Made by a program: the position numbers and the translations under genes
Shown here: positions 40,296 through 50,121 of the stretch, piece by piece
Layout of the letters: every line of letters starts with the position of its first letter
Position numbering within the stretch: position 1 is the first letter of the stretch
Origin: Burkholderiales bacterium
GTDB taxonomy: Bacteria > Pseudomonadota > Gammaproteobacteria > Burkholderiales > JAHFRG01
Assembly: GCA_035518095.1 (NCBI GenBank)
Contig: DATIXX010000005.1
Location: forward strand, 128,421-192,420
Direction: 5' to 3'
Length of the DNA stretch: 64,000 nt
The notes under the pieces: model-generated
What the model saw: the letters and a program-made list of their open reading frames with translations, nothing else
Databases searched by the model: none
Told to the model about the DNA's origin: nothing

Positions 40296-41138
40296 TCACT
40301 TCTCCGTTTTAGGGGCTTCGGCAAACGGGTCGAGCAAACGTCTTGCCACATCTTCCGGAAAGCGGTAGGCAATCATTTCATCATCGCGCAGCAGTATCAG
40401 TTCCGGTTTTTTCTGCAATATATGCAGCGTTACGCTGCCGCCGTTGTTAAGCGCAATTTTGATCGCCTCGGCATAAGGCGCGGGTTTTGCGGGCACGCTG
40501 GCGATGCTGTAAGCATAGTGCCATTCATCGGCAAAGCGGTTTAACTGATCTTGAGAAAGTTCAGCCGGTGCGGGCGACACGTTCCACGCCCCATCTACTC
40601 GTCTTAATTTGTATCCCGGCAAATCGAAACCGGTCGGTATCTCGTTTTCCGCGAGCAGCAGGTGATTAAGGAAAGCATTGAGGGGCATCGCAACCGCAGC
40701 CCCGTAACGCGGTGGCACCAGATAGACATTATCTGCCGTCGTCACGTATTGTTCCGCGGTCAATGGATTCAGCGCGCCAAAGCCGAACGTCTGCTTTCCC
40801 AGTGTCAAAAGCGCCTGCGGCCGGTCCAAATCGAAGCGCGTCAAATCATTCGCCGGGAAACGCTGCCTACTGGTGGCGGAGAGAATTTCCAATAGTTGAT
40901 CCACCTGAAAGGCATTGGCGCGCGCCGCAAGCGGACGGGTGATGAACCAGTCATGGCCGCGTTTTACTAGGGTAAGCGCCGCAGGCTTGTCTACGGTGAT
41001 GCTGTTGATTTCCTCTGCCTTCTGTGTTGAGAGCCGGTATTCGCTCGACGCGTTGTTTAGCAATTTGAAATAAAGTGTGGAAGCCAGGCCAGCGACCGCA
41101 AGCAAAAGTGCCGTGTTAAGCCAAATTCTCGATTTCAT
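40296..41138 (-). CDS. DUF4340-like protein, N-terminally anchored
   Basis: N-terminal TM or signal anchor. It is the last gene of the ABC/GldG operon and has an ATGA overlap with the GldG-like gene. The family assignment is from memory of this gene context, not from a search. Confidence 0.55.
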   Translation of the reverse strand: MKSRIWLNTALLLAVAGLASTLYFKLLNNASSEYRLSTQKAEEINSITVDKPAALTLVKRGHDWFITRPLAARANAFQVDQLLEILSATSRQRFPANDLTRFDLDRPQALLTLGKQTFGFGALNPLTAEQYVTTADNVYLVPPRYGAAVAMPLNAFLNHLLLAENEIPTGFDLPGYKLRRVDGAWNVSPAPAELSQDQLNRFADEWHYAYSIASVPAKPAPYAEAIKIALNNGGSVTLHILQKKPELILLRDDEMIAYRFPEDVARRLLDPFAEAPKTEK

Positions 41139-42487
41139 AGTTTACGACGCCGCCACCAGATCACTGCGCCTGTCACCAGGAAGATCAGCGGCATCGCAAT
41201 CAGAAAACCAAAGGTGATCATAGTCAGCGCGGACCGACCAAGATACAAATTGCTGTCGAGAGTGGCGCGAGGTTGAATGGTAATCAAATCCTCATCCTGC
41301 GCCAGCCAATTGATTATGTTGACGCCCAGATCCAGGTTGCCGGCGTTGCCAAGGTAGCTGTTCGCGAGAAAGTCGCCGCCGCCGATTATAACTACGCGTT
41401 GCTCGCGGCCTTTAAGTTGCCTGGTTAGCGCAACGCCTATAGTGACCGGTCCCCGGGTATCGCGTTTTTCGTCGAAGCGCGCCGTTTCGTCCGGTTTGCC
41501 GTTTTCCACCCAGCCGCGCTGAGCTACTTCTATGAGCTTGATGACCTGCCAATCCTGGTTTTGACCAACGCTCACCTCGCGGGCGAAAGGAAATACCGTG
41601 ATGAGTTTGAAGTCATTGGTAATTGGGTGCTTGCCATAGCTGGTTGCCAGTGCCCAAGTGGCGGGCGCGTTAAGTTCTTGCGCCGCCGGGTCGATCACGA
41701 CACCGGGGGTGAGCCTAAGCTTGAGCAAATCGGCAAGCGATTCCAGTCCGTGCAGCGGTTCCTGGTCGATCAACCACAACAGATTGCCGCCTCTGTCGAC
41801 ATAGGATATGAGTTTGGCAACTTCACCGGGAAAGTAATCCACTTGTGGCTGCGTGACGACGACTACGCTGGCATTCTCGGGAACTTGCTGTGCCAATGCC
41901 AGATTCAAGCTCGTGGTCTGAAATCCCTTGGCCGCGAGCTGTTTTCCAAAGTCGCCGAAGTCGAAGTTGGCTTTTCCATCGATTTTTCTTTCTCCGTGTC
42001 CTTCAATCTGCATTACCAGCCGTTGTCGCGTGCGCGCCAGGCGCATGAGCAGATTGGTGAATGTTTGTTCGTTGAGCGTGGTGAGATGCTCGGATTTAGC
42101 CCCGAACTTGACCACCATTTCGCCGTTGACCTGCACTCCGGCCTCTCGAGTGAGTTTTGGCTGCTCTGCAGGATCGACAAATTCCAGAAGGATATCGGGT
42201 TTGGCGCGAACATAGGGTTGCATAAAATCCCTGATCAACTTGCGTATGTCCCCGAGCCGCGGATCCTGCTTCGTTGCGAACGCGGTGATGATCACCGGTC
42301 CGTGCAATTGGTTAAGCACATTCAGGCTGGCTTGAGTCAACGAGTTGCGGCGGTTCTGGCTCACATCCCACTGCTTGCGGTGATCGCGCGCCACCAGTGA
42401 CAGCAGGACAACTGCGGCGACCAGCAGCACAAAGAAAAGGCTGTTTTGCAGCAACATCTGGACGCGCAACTTTTTATTAATTTGCAT
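41135..42487 (-). CDS. GldG-family ABC-transporter auxiliary protein
   Basis: 450 aa with N- and C-terminal TM helices flanking a large periplasmic domain. It follows the ABC-2 permease and ATPase, matching the GldA/F/G layout. Confidence 0.7.
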   Translation of the reverse strand: MQINKKLRVQMLLQNSLFFVLLVAAVVLLSLVARDHRKQWDVSQNRRNSLTQASLNVLNQLHGPVIITAFATKQDPRLGDIRKLIRDFMQPYVRAKPDILLEFVDPAEQPKLTREAGVQVNGEMVVKFGAKSEHLTTLNEQTFTNLLMRLARTRQRLVMQIEGHGERKIDGKANFDFGDFGKQLAAKGFQTTSLNLALAQQVPENASVVVVTQPQVDYFPGEVAKLISYVDRGGNLLWLIDQEPLHGLESLADLLKLRLTPGVVIDPAAQELNAPATWALATSYGKHPITNDFKLITVFPFAREVSVGQNQDWQVIKLIEVAQRGWVENGKPDETARFDEKRDTRGPVTIGVALTRQLKGREQRVVIIGGGDFLANSYLGNAGNLDLGVNIINWLAQDEDLITIQPRATLDSNLYLGRSALTMITFGFLIAMPLIFLVTGAVIWWRRRKL

Positions 42488-42492
42488 GAATT

Positions 42493-43236
42493 TCAGCCGC
42501 GCAGACGGTCGGCGTCGAGACGCCTGATTGCCAGCGCCACAAAGGTCAAAGTAAAAAGCACTAGGAAGGCAACATCGGCGCTGTCAATTAAGCCGCGGTT
42601 GAAACTTTCAAAATGCCTGAGCAGTGAAAACCAGTTTGACAGGCTTTCGGGATTACTTGATGAGACATCGAGAACCCAAAGACCGAGCAGCGCGCCTAAC
42701 GTACCGACAGCTGCCAGCACCGGGTGCGAGGTGAGGCATGAAATATATAATCCCAGCGCTGCGTAGCAAGCGCTAAGCAGTAACAGCCCCAGCAGGTTCG
42801 ATGCCAGCACGCCGAAATCGGGCGAGGTGCCCGCATACAAGGAAATTGCCATGAACCCACTAAGGCTTATCAACGCGGCGAGAAACAGCACCAAACCGAG
42901 GAATTTGCCGATCACGATTTCGGTCATGGATAGTGGTGCCGACATCAGAAGAGGCATGGTCTGATTGCGCCGTTCTTCGGCGATCAGGCGCATCGAGAGA
43001 AGCGGTACCGCCATCATTATCAACACTGCAACGCTGCCAAAAAGCGGAGCGAGGATCACTTCAGTGGCGCCGGGCGGTTGGGCAAGCTGCTCGAGTTGTG
43101 GTTGCAACAAAAGAAAAGTATCTAGGCGCGACAGAAAAATCCATGCCAGGAGCAGCTGCACGATGCAAAGAACAAGCCACGCAAGGGGGGCGGCAAACAG
43201 CGACTTCAGTTCCTTAGCGGCAAGAGTAAGGATCAT
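42493..43236 (-). CDS. ABC-2 type transporter permease (GldF/NosY-like)
   Basis: 247 aa and roughly 6 TM helices, with the EERRNQTMPLLMSAPLS motif typical of ABC-2 permeases. Confidence 0.8.
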   Translation of the reverse strand: MILTLAAKELKSLFAAPLAWLVLCIVQLLLAWIFLSRLDTFLLLQPQLEQLAQPPGATEVILAPLFGSVAVLIMMAVPLLSMRLIAEERRNQTMPLLMSAPLSMTEIVIGKFLGLVLFLAALISLSGFMAISLYAGTSPDFGVLASNLLGLLLLSACYAALGLYISCLTSHPVLAAVGTLGALLGLWVLDVSSSNPESLSNWFSLLRHFESFNRGLIDSADVAFLVLFTLTFVALAIRRLDADRLRG

Positions 43237-43244
43237 GCCGTTTG

Positions 43245-44174
43245 TTACTGTTGCGTAAGTTGCACGAATACATCCTCGAGACTCGCTTGCTGCCGATTTA
43301 TCTGGTACAACCCCCAGCCTTGCGCCGCTGCCGCTTTAACCAATTCCTCGCTTGGGTCGGCGTCGGCGACAAATTGTATGTTAAACAAGGTGTCATTAAG
43401 CTTATCCACGGTAATTACTCCGGGCAACTGAAGCTGTGCAAGTTCCGGGGGATTGCGCAAACCAAGCTGCAGCGAATGTCCTTCGCGTATGTGTTTTAAG
43501 GCTTCGATGCTGCCGCTGTACACATTCTTTCCCAGGTGCATGATTGCTACTCGATCGCACACACTTTCCACTTCTGGCAGTATGTGTGTGGAGAGGATCA
43601 CACTGTGCGTGCCGCCGAGCTCCCGAATCAAAATGCGGATTTCGCGCATTTGAATCGGATCGAGGCCCACGGTAGGCTCATCCAAGATCACTACTTCCGG
43701 TTTATGGAGGATAGCCTGGGCAATGCCGACGCGCTGTTGATAGCCGCGCGACAGGCTGCCGATCAGCTGCTTGCTGACCTCATTCAGGCCACATCGCTGT
43801 TTGGCTTGCTCCACGCTAACTTTCAGTGCGGATTTGGCTACGCGATGCAGTCGCGCGGCGAGCAACAGATATTCATCGACATTAAGCTCTCGGTACAGCG
43901 GCGGGCTTTCCGGAAGATAGCCGATCAGCTGCTTCGCGGCTTTCGGTCGGTCCAGCAAATCAATGCCGCAGATTTTGATGCTGCCAGCACTGGGCGCCAG
44001 ATTGCCGGTCAGCATGCGCATGGTCGTGGTTTTCCCGGCCCCATTTGGCCCGAGAAAACCGAGCACTTCGCCCTTTTTAAGTTCTAAATTGATTTCCAGC
44101 ACCGCGCCGCGCGCGCCGAACCACCGTGATAACTGATGCGCAATAACCGTTGTTGTTGAATTTTGTTGCGCCAT
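43245..44174 (-). CDS. ABC transporter ATP-binding protein (GldA-like)
   Basis: Walker A GPNGAGKTT, signature LSRGYQQRV and Walker B VVILDEPTVGLD. Confidence 0.9.
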   Translation of the reverse strand: MAQQNSTTTVIAHQLSRWFGARGAVLEINLELKKGEVLGFLGPNGAGKTTTMRMLTGNLAPSAGSIKICGIDLLDRPKAAKQLIGYLPESPPLYRELNVDEYLLLAARLHRVAKSALKVSVEQAKQRCGLNEVSKQLIGSLSRGYQQRVGIAQAILHKPEVVILDEPTVGLDPIQMREIRILIRELGGTHSVILSTHILPEVESVCDRVAIMHLGKNVYSGSIEALKHIREGHSLQLGLRNPPELAQLQLPGVITVDKLNDTLFNIQFVADADPSEELVKAAAAQGWGLYQINRQQASLEDVFVQLTQQ

Positions 44175-44314
44175 TTGCTGGATCAGTTGGATGTGTCCAA
44201 TTTCTCTTGTAGTGTAACCAAAATATACATAATATGTGGGTAATTTTGAAGAACTATGCGCTTTGACGCTGTTCTGAGTATATGATTCCCTGTACTTGAG
44301 TTATCAGCAAAACC

Positions 44315-46057
44315 ATGAACCGTAAATTACTGATCTTGGCCATGCCGGCATTTCTTTTGGCATGTGCCCAACAACCGCACAAATCTGCCAGCGACGTTCC
44401 CGCCGTAAATGAAGACGAGCAGCAGGAACAGTCCGCGGGCGCGGTCGCGACCGAAAAGTTGCCCAATGAGGAACTGACGGAAAAAATGCTGTACGAGTTC
44501 TTGCTGGGCGAGATAGCCGGCCAACGCGGGCAGCTTGATGTGGCGACTAAGGCGTACGTGGATTTGGCCAAAACAACTCGGGACCCGCGGGTTGCGCAAC
44601 GCGCCACTGAAATAGCGTTGTACGCTAGGCAGCCCGAGGCCGCGCTACAGGCGGCGAGGGTATGGGCCGAAGTGGATCCAAACTCGACTCCGGCACGGCA
44701 GACACTTGTGGCGCTACTGATTAACGAGCACAAACTGGAAGAAGCCCGTCCTCATATTGAAAAGCTGCTCTCCGCGGAAGGACAAAATGTGGGCCAGGGT
44801 TTCATGCAATTGAACGGGCTGCTGGCTAAGTATCCGGACAAGGCCGCAGCGCTGAATTTGGTACAGAGCCTCGCGCAACCCTATCCGCAGCTTGCTGAAG
44901 CGCATTTTGCAGTAGCCCACGCGGCCTGGAGCGCCGGGGAGTATGATTTGGCGCTGAGCGAGGTGCGCAAGGCACTGGACCTGCGTCCCGAATGGGAACT
45001 GGCGGCGCTGTTTCAAGGGCAGATCCTGCAGCACACGTCCAACAAGCTCGCCGCTGACTATTTTCACGACTACCTCAACAGCTATCCCAAGGCGAAGGAG
45101 GTACGCTTGAATTATGCGAGACTGCTGGTTGTGGAAAAAGATTACCCTCAGGCGCGCAGCGAATTTCAGAGGCTGCGAAGGGATTTCCCGAATAACGCGG
45201 AGGTTTCCCTGGCTGTAGGTTTGCTGTCGATGCAGCTCAATGATTTCGATGCCGCGGAGGAAAGCTTCAAACAGGCGTTAAGTCAGAATTACAAGGACCG
45301 CGACAGTGTTCGTTATTATTTGGGCGAGGCTTACGAAGAGCGCAAACATTATGACCAGGCGCTGTACTGGTATGGCAGCGTTGAACGGGGCGAGCAATAC
45401 CTTCCCGCGCAGATGCGTTATGCGAGCGTGCTCGCGAAACAAGGCAAGCTCGCGGAGGCGCGCAAGTACCTGCATCAGATTCCGGTGCAGGACAACCAGC
45501 AAAGAATCCAGATAATTCTAACCGACGCGCAGTTGCTGCGCGAAGCGGGGCATTACCAGGAAGCATTTGATTTGCTCGGGCGCGCCCTACAGAAAAATCC
45601 AGATTATCCGGACCTGCTATATGACTATGCGATGGCGGCCGAAAAACTCAATCGGCTGGACGTGCTCGAAGAAAACTTGCGCAAGCTGATCAAGCTGAAG
45701 CCTGATTACGCGCACGCTTACAATGCCCTGGGCTACACTCTGGCTGACCGCACCAACCGTCTGAACGAGGCCGAGCAATACATCGAGCAGGCGTTGAAAC
45801 TTGCTCCGGAAGACCCGTTCATTATAGACAGCATGGGCTGGGTGCAGTACCGGCTGGGGAATCTCAAGGAAGGAACAGCTTACTTACGGCGCGCCTACGC
45901 CGACCGGCCCGATCCGGAAATTGCCGCGCATCTCGGTGAAGTGCTGTGGGTTCAAGGCAAGCACGAGGAAGCGGAAACGATCTGGAATGCATCTCTCAAG
46001 GAAAATCCCGGCAACGAGGCGTTGCAGAATGTCATCAAGAAATTCGTCAACAAGTAA
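44315..46057 (+). CDS. TPR-repeat lipoprotein
   Basis: Lipobox LLAC and many TPR-like repeats along 580 aa. It lies upstream of lolB and shares a TAATG junction with it. Confidence 0.8.
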   Translation: MNRKLLILAMPAFLLACAQQPHKSASDVPAVNEDEQQEQSAGAVATEKLPNEELTEKMLYEFLLGEIAGQRGQLDVATKAYVDLAKTTRDPRVAQRATEIALYARQPEAALQAARVWAEVDPNSTPARQTLVALLINEHKLEEARPHIEKLLSAEGQNVGQGFMQLNGLLAKYPDKAAALNLVQSLAQPYPQLAEAHFAVAHAAWSAGEYDLALSEVRKALDLRPEWELAALFQGQILQHTSNKLAADYFHDYLNSYPKAKEVRLNYARLLVVEKDYPQARSEFQRLRRDFPNNAEVSLAVGLLSMQLNDFDAAEESFKQALSQNYKDRDSVRYYLGEAYEERKHYDQALYWYGSVERGEQYLPAQMRYASVLAKQGKLAEARKYLHQIPVQDNQQRIQIILTDAQLLREAGHYQEAFDLLGRALQKNPDYPDLLYDYAMAAEKLNRLDVLEENLRKLIKLKPDYAHAYNALGYTLADRTNRLNEAEQYIEQALKLAPEDPFIIDSMGWVQYRLGNLKEGTAYLRRAYADRPDPEIAAHLGEVLWVQGKHEEAETIWNASLKENPGNEALQNVIKKFVNK

Positions 46058-46671
46058 TGAGGAATCTCATCGGGGATTCCCGCGCGCGCTGGCTTGCGCT
46101 GTTATTGCTGCTGGGCGCGTGCGCTGCGCCTGCCCCTAAACCCGGTTCTACACCCCCGTCGCGGGCCCAGAGCCTGGCGCTAGCTCAGAGCAGTGGTTTT
46201 CAACTCTCCGGAAGAGTAGCCGTCAAATTTGATGAGAAAAATTATTCCGGTGGTGTGCGCTGGACGCATAACGGGGGGGATGATGAAATCTGGATCCTTA
46301 CACCGCTCGGAAGTGGCGTTGCGCGCATCGTGCGCGACGTCAACGGGGTCAGCCTTACGACCGAAAAGCGAGAAACCTACCGCGCGCAAGATGCGCAGAC
46401 TCTGACGCACGAAGTATTGGGTTGGAGCTTGCCGCTTTCGGGATTGCAGTATTGGGTGTTGGGAATCGCCGCGCCACAAGGCGCAGCGCACGCACAACGC
46501 GACTCGCAGCAGCGCCTGGCAAGCTTAAACCAGGATTCCTGGGAAATCGCTTATCTGCGCTACAAGCCGGAACAGGAAAGCGGGATGCCCGCACGCATGA
46601 GGTTGACCCGTGGCGATTTGGAAATCAACTTGATTATCGACGATTGGGTAATTCCCCCGCTCGCGCAATGA
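46057..46671 (+). CDS. lolB: outer-membrane lipoprotein insertion protein LolB
   Basis: Lipobox LLGAC, about 200 aa, in the conserved lolB-ispE-prs position. The track ORF (from 45946) is trimmed to the Met at 46057. Confidence 0.8.
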   Translation: MRNLIGDSRARWLALLLLLGACAAPAPKPGSTPPSRAQSLALAQSSGFQLSGRVAVKFDEKNYSGGVRWTHNGGDDEIWILTPLGSGVARIVRDVNGVSLTTEKRETYRAQDAQTLTHEVLGWSLPLSGLQYWVLGIAAPQGAAHAQRDSQQRLASLNQDSWEIAYLRYKPEQESGMPARMRLTRGDLEINLIIDDWVIPPLAQ

Positions 46672-47507
46672 GCAGCCTGCAGAGCTATCCGGCGCCCGCC
46701 AAACTTAATTTGTTCTTGCATGTGGTCGGGCGCAAGGAAAATGGTTATCACCTGTTGCAAAGCGTGTTCCGCTTTTTGGACTATTACGACTACCTGGGCT
46801 TCCGGGTGCGCGAAGACGGTATTATCCGGCGTGCTTACCAGTTGCCAGGGGTCCCGGAGGAACAAGACCTGTGCGTGCGCGCCGCAAGGCTGCTGCAGCG
46901 GGCAGCAGATTGTCGGCTCGGCGCAGATCTCATCCTGGAAAAAAAGCTGCCTCTCGGCGGCGGGTTGGGCGGCGGCAGTTCGGATGCTGCGACCACGCTC
47001 ATGATGCTCAATCGCTTATGGAAGCTGGGTTTCCCGAGGGAGGAACTGCAGGAGCTGGGTTTGCAACTGGGCGCCGATGTTCCGGTATTTGTTTTCGGTC
47101 AAAATGCGTTTGCTGAAGGGGTAGGAGAAATACTGCAGCCCGTCAGCCTGGCGCCGGCCTGGTATGTAGTTTTGGTGCCCAATGTCAGCGTCTCAACCGC
47201 CGAGATTTTCGCTGATCCTGAATTGACACGGAACACGAATCGCATCAAAATAACCGCCTTTTCCATAGGGCAAGTTCATAACGACCTTGAGCCTGTGGTC
47301 TGCCGCAAATACCCGCAGGTGGCGCAACATCTGGAGTGGCTGAAACGGTTCGGCGACGCCAGAGTAACCGGCTCCGGTGCCTGTGTTTTCGCAGAATATG
47401 CGACAGAAAGGGAAGCGCGCGAAGTGCTCGCGCAGTTACCGAGGCAGATGAACGGTTTTGCGGCGCGGGGCCTGGACCGGCACCCCTTGCGGGATCTTGC
47501 ACAGTAG
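46668..47507 (+). CDS. ispE: 4-diphosphocytidyl-2-C-methyl-D-erythritol kinase
   Basis: PAPAKLNLFLHVVGR N-terminus and GHMP kinase motif PLGGGLGGGSSDAA. The track ORF (from 46422) is trimmed to the ATG at 46668, which forms an ATGA overlap with lolB. Confidence 0.93.
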   Translation: MSSLQSYPAPAKLNLFLHVVGRKENGYHLLQSVFRFLDYYDYLGFRVREDGIIRRAYQLPGVPEEQDLCVRAARLLQRAADCRLGADLILEKKLPLGGGLGGGSSDAATTLMMLNRLWKLGFPREELQELGLQLGADVPVFVFGQNAFAEGVGEILQPVSLAPAWYVVLVPNVSVSTAEIFADPELTRNTNRIKITAFSIGQVHNDLEPVVCRKYPQVAQHLEWLKRFGDARVTGSGACVFAEYATEREAREVLAQLPRQMNGFAARGLDRHPLRDLAQ

Positions 47508-47512
47508 CACTT

Positions 47513-47587
47513 TGGGGAGTCGCCAAGCGGTAAGGCACCGGATTTTGATTCCGGCATTCGTAGGTTCGATCCCTACCTCCCCAGCCA
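47513..47587 (+). tRNA. tRNA-Gln (anticodon TTG)
   Basis: Hand-folded cloverleaf. Acceptor stem TGGGGAG/CTCCCCA. Anticodon stem CCGGA/TCCGG with loop TTTTGAT. T arm GTAGG-TTCGATC-CCTAC. CCA is encoded. Confidence 0.9.
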
Positions 47588-47624
47588 GATTTTTGCATAA
47601 TACTGAACGATCGGGGGCAGCGGA

Positions 47625-48575
47625 GTGGCTTATGAGAATCTGATGGTGTTCACTGGCAACGCCAACCGCAAGCTCGCTGAGCAGGTGGTAAAGCATCTGA
47701 ACATCCATATCGGGCGTGCCACCGTCGGCCGCTTTAGCGATGGCGAAGTGATGGTGGAAATACTGGAAAACGTGCGCGGCAAGGATGTCTTCGTACTGCA
47801 GTCCACATGTTTTCCGCCCAACGAAAACCTGATGGAAGTGTTGGTGATGATCGATGCGCTGAAACGCGCATCGGCAGGACGCATCACGGCAGCGATCCCG
47901 TATCTCGGCTACGCGCGGCAGGATCGCAGACCGCATTCGGCGCGGGTGCCGATTACCGCCAAGGTCGTAGCGAACATGCTTACCAGTGTGGGATTGGACC
48001 GGTTGCTCACCATGGATTTGCACTCAGAACAAATCCAGGGATTCTTTGATATACCGGTTGATAATATTTACGCCATGCCGCTTTTGCTGGGAGATATTTG
48101 GAAACATGATCATCAGAATTTGGTGGTGGTCTCACCCGACGTCGGCGGGGTGGTGCGCGCGCGCGCGGCGGCAACGCCTCTGGAAGCGGATTTGGCGATT
48201 ATCGACAAGCGCCGTCCCAAGCCGAACGTGGCAAAGGTGATGAACATTATCGGCGAAGTCGAAGGCCGGACCTGTATCATCATGGATGATGTGGTGGATA
48301 CGGCAAACACGCTGTGCGAGGCCGCCGACGCGCTAAAAGCGCAAGGAGCAGAGAGAGTGGTGGCGTACTGCACGCACCCAGTGCTTTCGGGAAAGGCAGT
48401 CGAGCGCATTGATAAATCGGTGCTGGACGAAGTGGTGGTGACCAATACCATCCCTCTGGGCGAAGCCGCAATGAAATGCAAACGCATTCGCTGCCTGAGC
48501 GTAGCGGAACTCTTGGGCGAGACAATGCTGCGCATCAGCAACGAAAGCTCGGTGAGTTCGTTGTTTATGGAATAA
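47625..48575 (+). CDS. prs: ribose-phosphate pyrophosphokinase
   Basis: GYARQDRR and the PRPP-binding loop [13 protein letters not shown]. The start is GTG at 47625 or ATG at 47643. Confidence 0.96.
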   Translation: MAYENLMVFTGNANRKLAEQVVKHLNIHIGRATVGRFSDGEVMVEILENVRGKDVFVLQSTCFPPNENLMEVLVMIDALKRASAGRITAAIPYLGYARQDRRPHSARVPITAKVVANMLTSVGLDRLLTMDLHSEQIQGFFDIPVDNIYAMPLLLGDIWKHDHQNLVVVSPDVGGVVRARAAATPLEADLAIIDKRRPKPNVAKVMNIIGEVEGRTCIIMDDVVDTANTLCEAADALKAQGAERVVAYCTHPVLSGKAVERIDKSVLDEVVVTNTIPLGEAAMKCKRIRCLSVAELLGETMLRISNESSVSSLFME

Positions 48576-48623
48576 TATTTCTTGGTCTGTGACTTGGAGC
48601 AGGCCGGACATCTGGAGAGCAAA

Positions 48624-49391
48624 ATGCAAATTGAAGTGAACGCAACGTCGCGTACCATGCACGGAACCGGTGCAAGCCGCCGCATGCGGCGTGACGGGCG
48701 CGTGCCCGGAATACTGTACGGCGGAAAACAAGAGCCGCAGGCAATCGAACTGGATCATAATGCGTTGTACCACCTTCTTAAGCTTGAAGCGTTCCATGCT
48801 TCGATTCTCAATATGAACCTGGACGGCAAAAAACAACAGGTGTTGCTGCGGCAACTGCACATGCACCCTTTCAAAATGCAAGTATTGCACGTAGATTTCC
48901 AGCGGGTTGCTAAGGACAAGAAAATTTACATAAAAGTACCGCTGCACTTCCTCAATGCGGAAATTGCGCCCGGCGTGAAAGTCGGCGGCGGCATCATTAG
49001 CCATGTCATGACCGAAGTTGAAGTTTCCTGTTTGCCCGCCGATTTGCCGGAATATATCGAGGTCGATCTTAAGGACCTTGCGCTCGGCCACTCGGTGCAC
49101 TTATCGGAGCTCAAATTTCCTAAAGGTACGGAGTCGCCGGCCTTGGCGAAAGGCAACGACGCGGTAGTGGCGACCGTTCAAATACCGAAGGTGGTCGTGG
49201 TTGAAGAAGTAGTGGCTGCGCCAGCGGCTGAAGAGGCGGCGGCGGCGGAAGGGGCTGCGGCTGAAGCCGGTGCGGCCGCCGGTGAAAAGAAAGAGGGCGA
49301 AAAGGCCGCAACGGGTGAAGCAGTCAAGAAAGAAGGGGCAAAAGCGCCTGAAGCCGGCAAGAAGGAAGGCGGCAAGCCGGAGAAGAAATAA
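48624..49391 (+). CDS. rplY: 50S ribosomal protein L25 / general stress protein Ctc, with a long A/E/K-rich tail
   Basis: [19 protein letters not shown]-terminus and SD GGAGAG. The last ~65 aa are low complexity ([30 protein letters not shown]...). Confidence 0.9.
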   Translation: MQIEVNATSRTMHGTGASRRMRRDGRVPGILYGGKQEPQAIELDHNALYHLLKLEAFHASILNMNLDGKKQQVLLRQLHMHPFKMQVLHVDFQRVAKDKKIYIKVPLHFLNAEIAPGVKVGGGIISHVMTEVEVSCLPADLPEYIEVDLKDLALGHSVHLSELKFPKGTESPALAKGNDAVVATVQIPKVVVVEEVVAAPAAEEAAAAEGAAAEAGAAAGEKKEGEKAATGEAVKKEGAKAPEAGKKEGGKPEKK

Positions 49392-49413
49392 TCCTTGCCG
49401 TTTGATCTTGCGC

Positions 49414-49457
49414 AGCCCGCCGGTTAACGAAGCTCTGAACTTGGCGGGCTTTGTTTG
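49414..49457 (+). terminator. possible terminator or attenuating hairpin after rplY
   Basis: 8-bp stem AGCCCGCC/GGCGGGCT with a 21-nt loop, followed by TTGTTTG. Confidence 0.4.
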
Positions 49458-49481
49458 TCCGGGACTCGTCCGGAGAAAAAC

Positions 49482-50072
49482 GTGAAACTGGTCGTCGGAT
49501 TGGGGAATCCAGGCAGGGAACACGCGGCCGACCGGCATAATGCCGGTTACCGCTGGCTTGCGCAGCTCGCCAAAGAGACGCGAGTTACGCTCAAGGTCGA
49601 GGCGCGCTTCCATTCGTTGCTGGGAAAATTTATGCTCGATGGCAATGAATGCTGGCTGATGCAGCCGCAAACCTTCATGAACGCAAGCGGGCGCGCGGTC
49701 GGAGCATTCGTCAAGTTTTACAAAACTCCCGCGCAGGACATTCTCATAGTGCACGACGAGCTCGACCTGCCGCCGGGCGTGGCGCGTCTGAAACTGGGCG
49801 GCGGGGTTTCAGGACATAACGGCTTGAAGGACATTGCGGCGCATTTGGGTACACACGATTTTTGGAGGTTGCGCCTCGGAATCGGGCATCCCGGAGAAAA
49901 ATTGCTGGTCGTCGATTACGTGCTGGACAAGCCGCGACAAGAAGAGGCAAGCCTCATCGAACAGGCTATCCAGCGAAGCCTTGCAATTTGGCCGCTGCTG
50001 GCGGAGAACAAGCATCAGGCTGCAATGCTCAAACTGCACACAAACGCGGGAGGGGTAAGGGGCGAGGAGTGA
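49482..50072 (+). CDS. pth: peptidyl-tRNA hydrolase
   Basis: KLVVGLGNPG...HNAG motif. The GTG at 49482 is preceded by a GGAGA SD. The track start (TTG at 49455) would lie inside the upstream hairpin tail. Confidence 0.92.
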   Translation: MKLVVGLGNPGREHAADRHNAGYRWLAQLAKETRVTLKVEARFHSLLGKFMLDGNECWLMQPQTFMNASGRAVGAFVKFYKTPAQDILIVHDELDLPPGVARLKLGGGVSGHNGLKDIAAHLGTHDFWRLRLGIGHPGEKLLVVDYVLDKPRQEEASLIEQAIQRSLAIWPLLAENKHQAAMLKLHTNAGGVRGEE

Positions 50073-50121
50073 GACATAATAGAACACAGCACAAGCTTCA
50101 GGTTTCGCAGGCAGCCGACTT

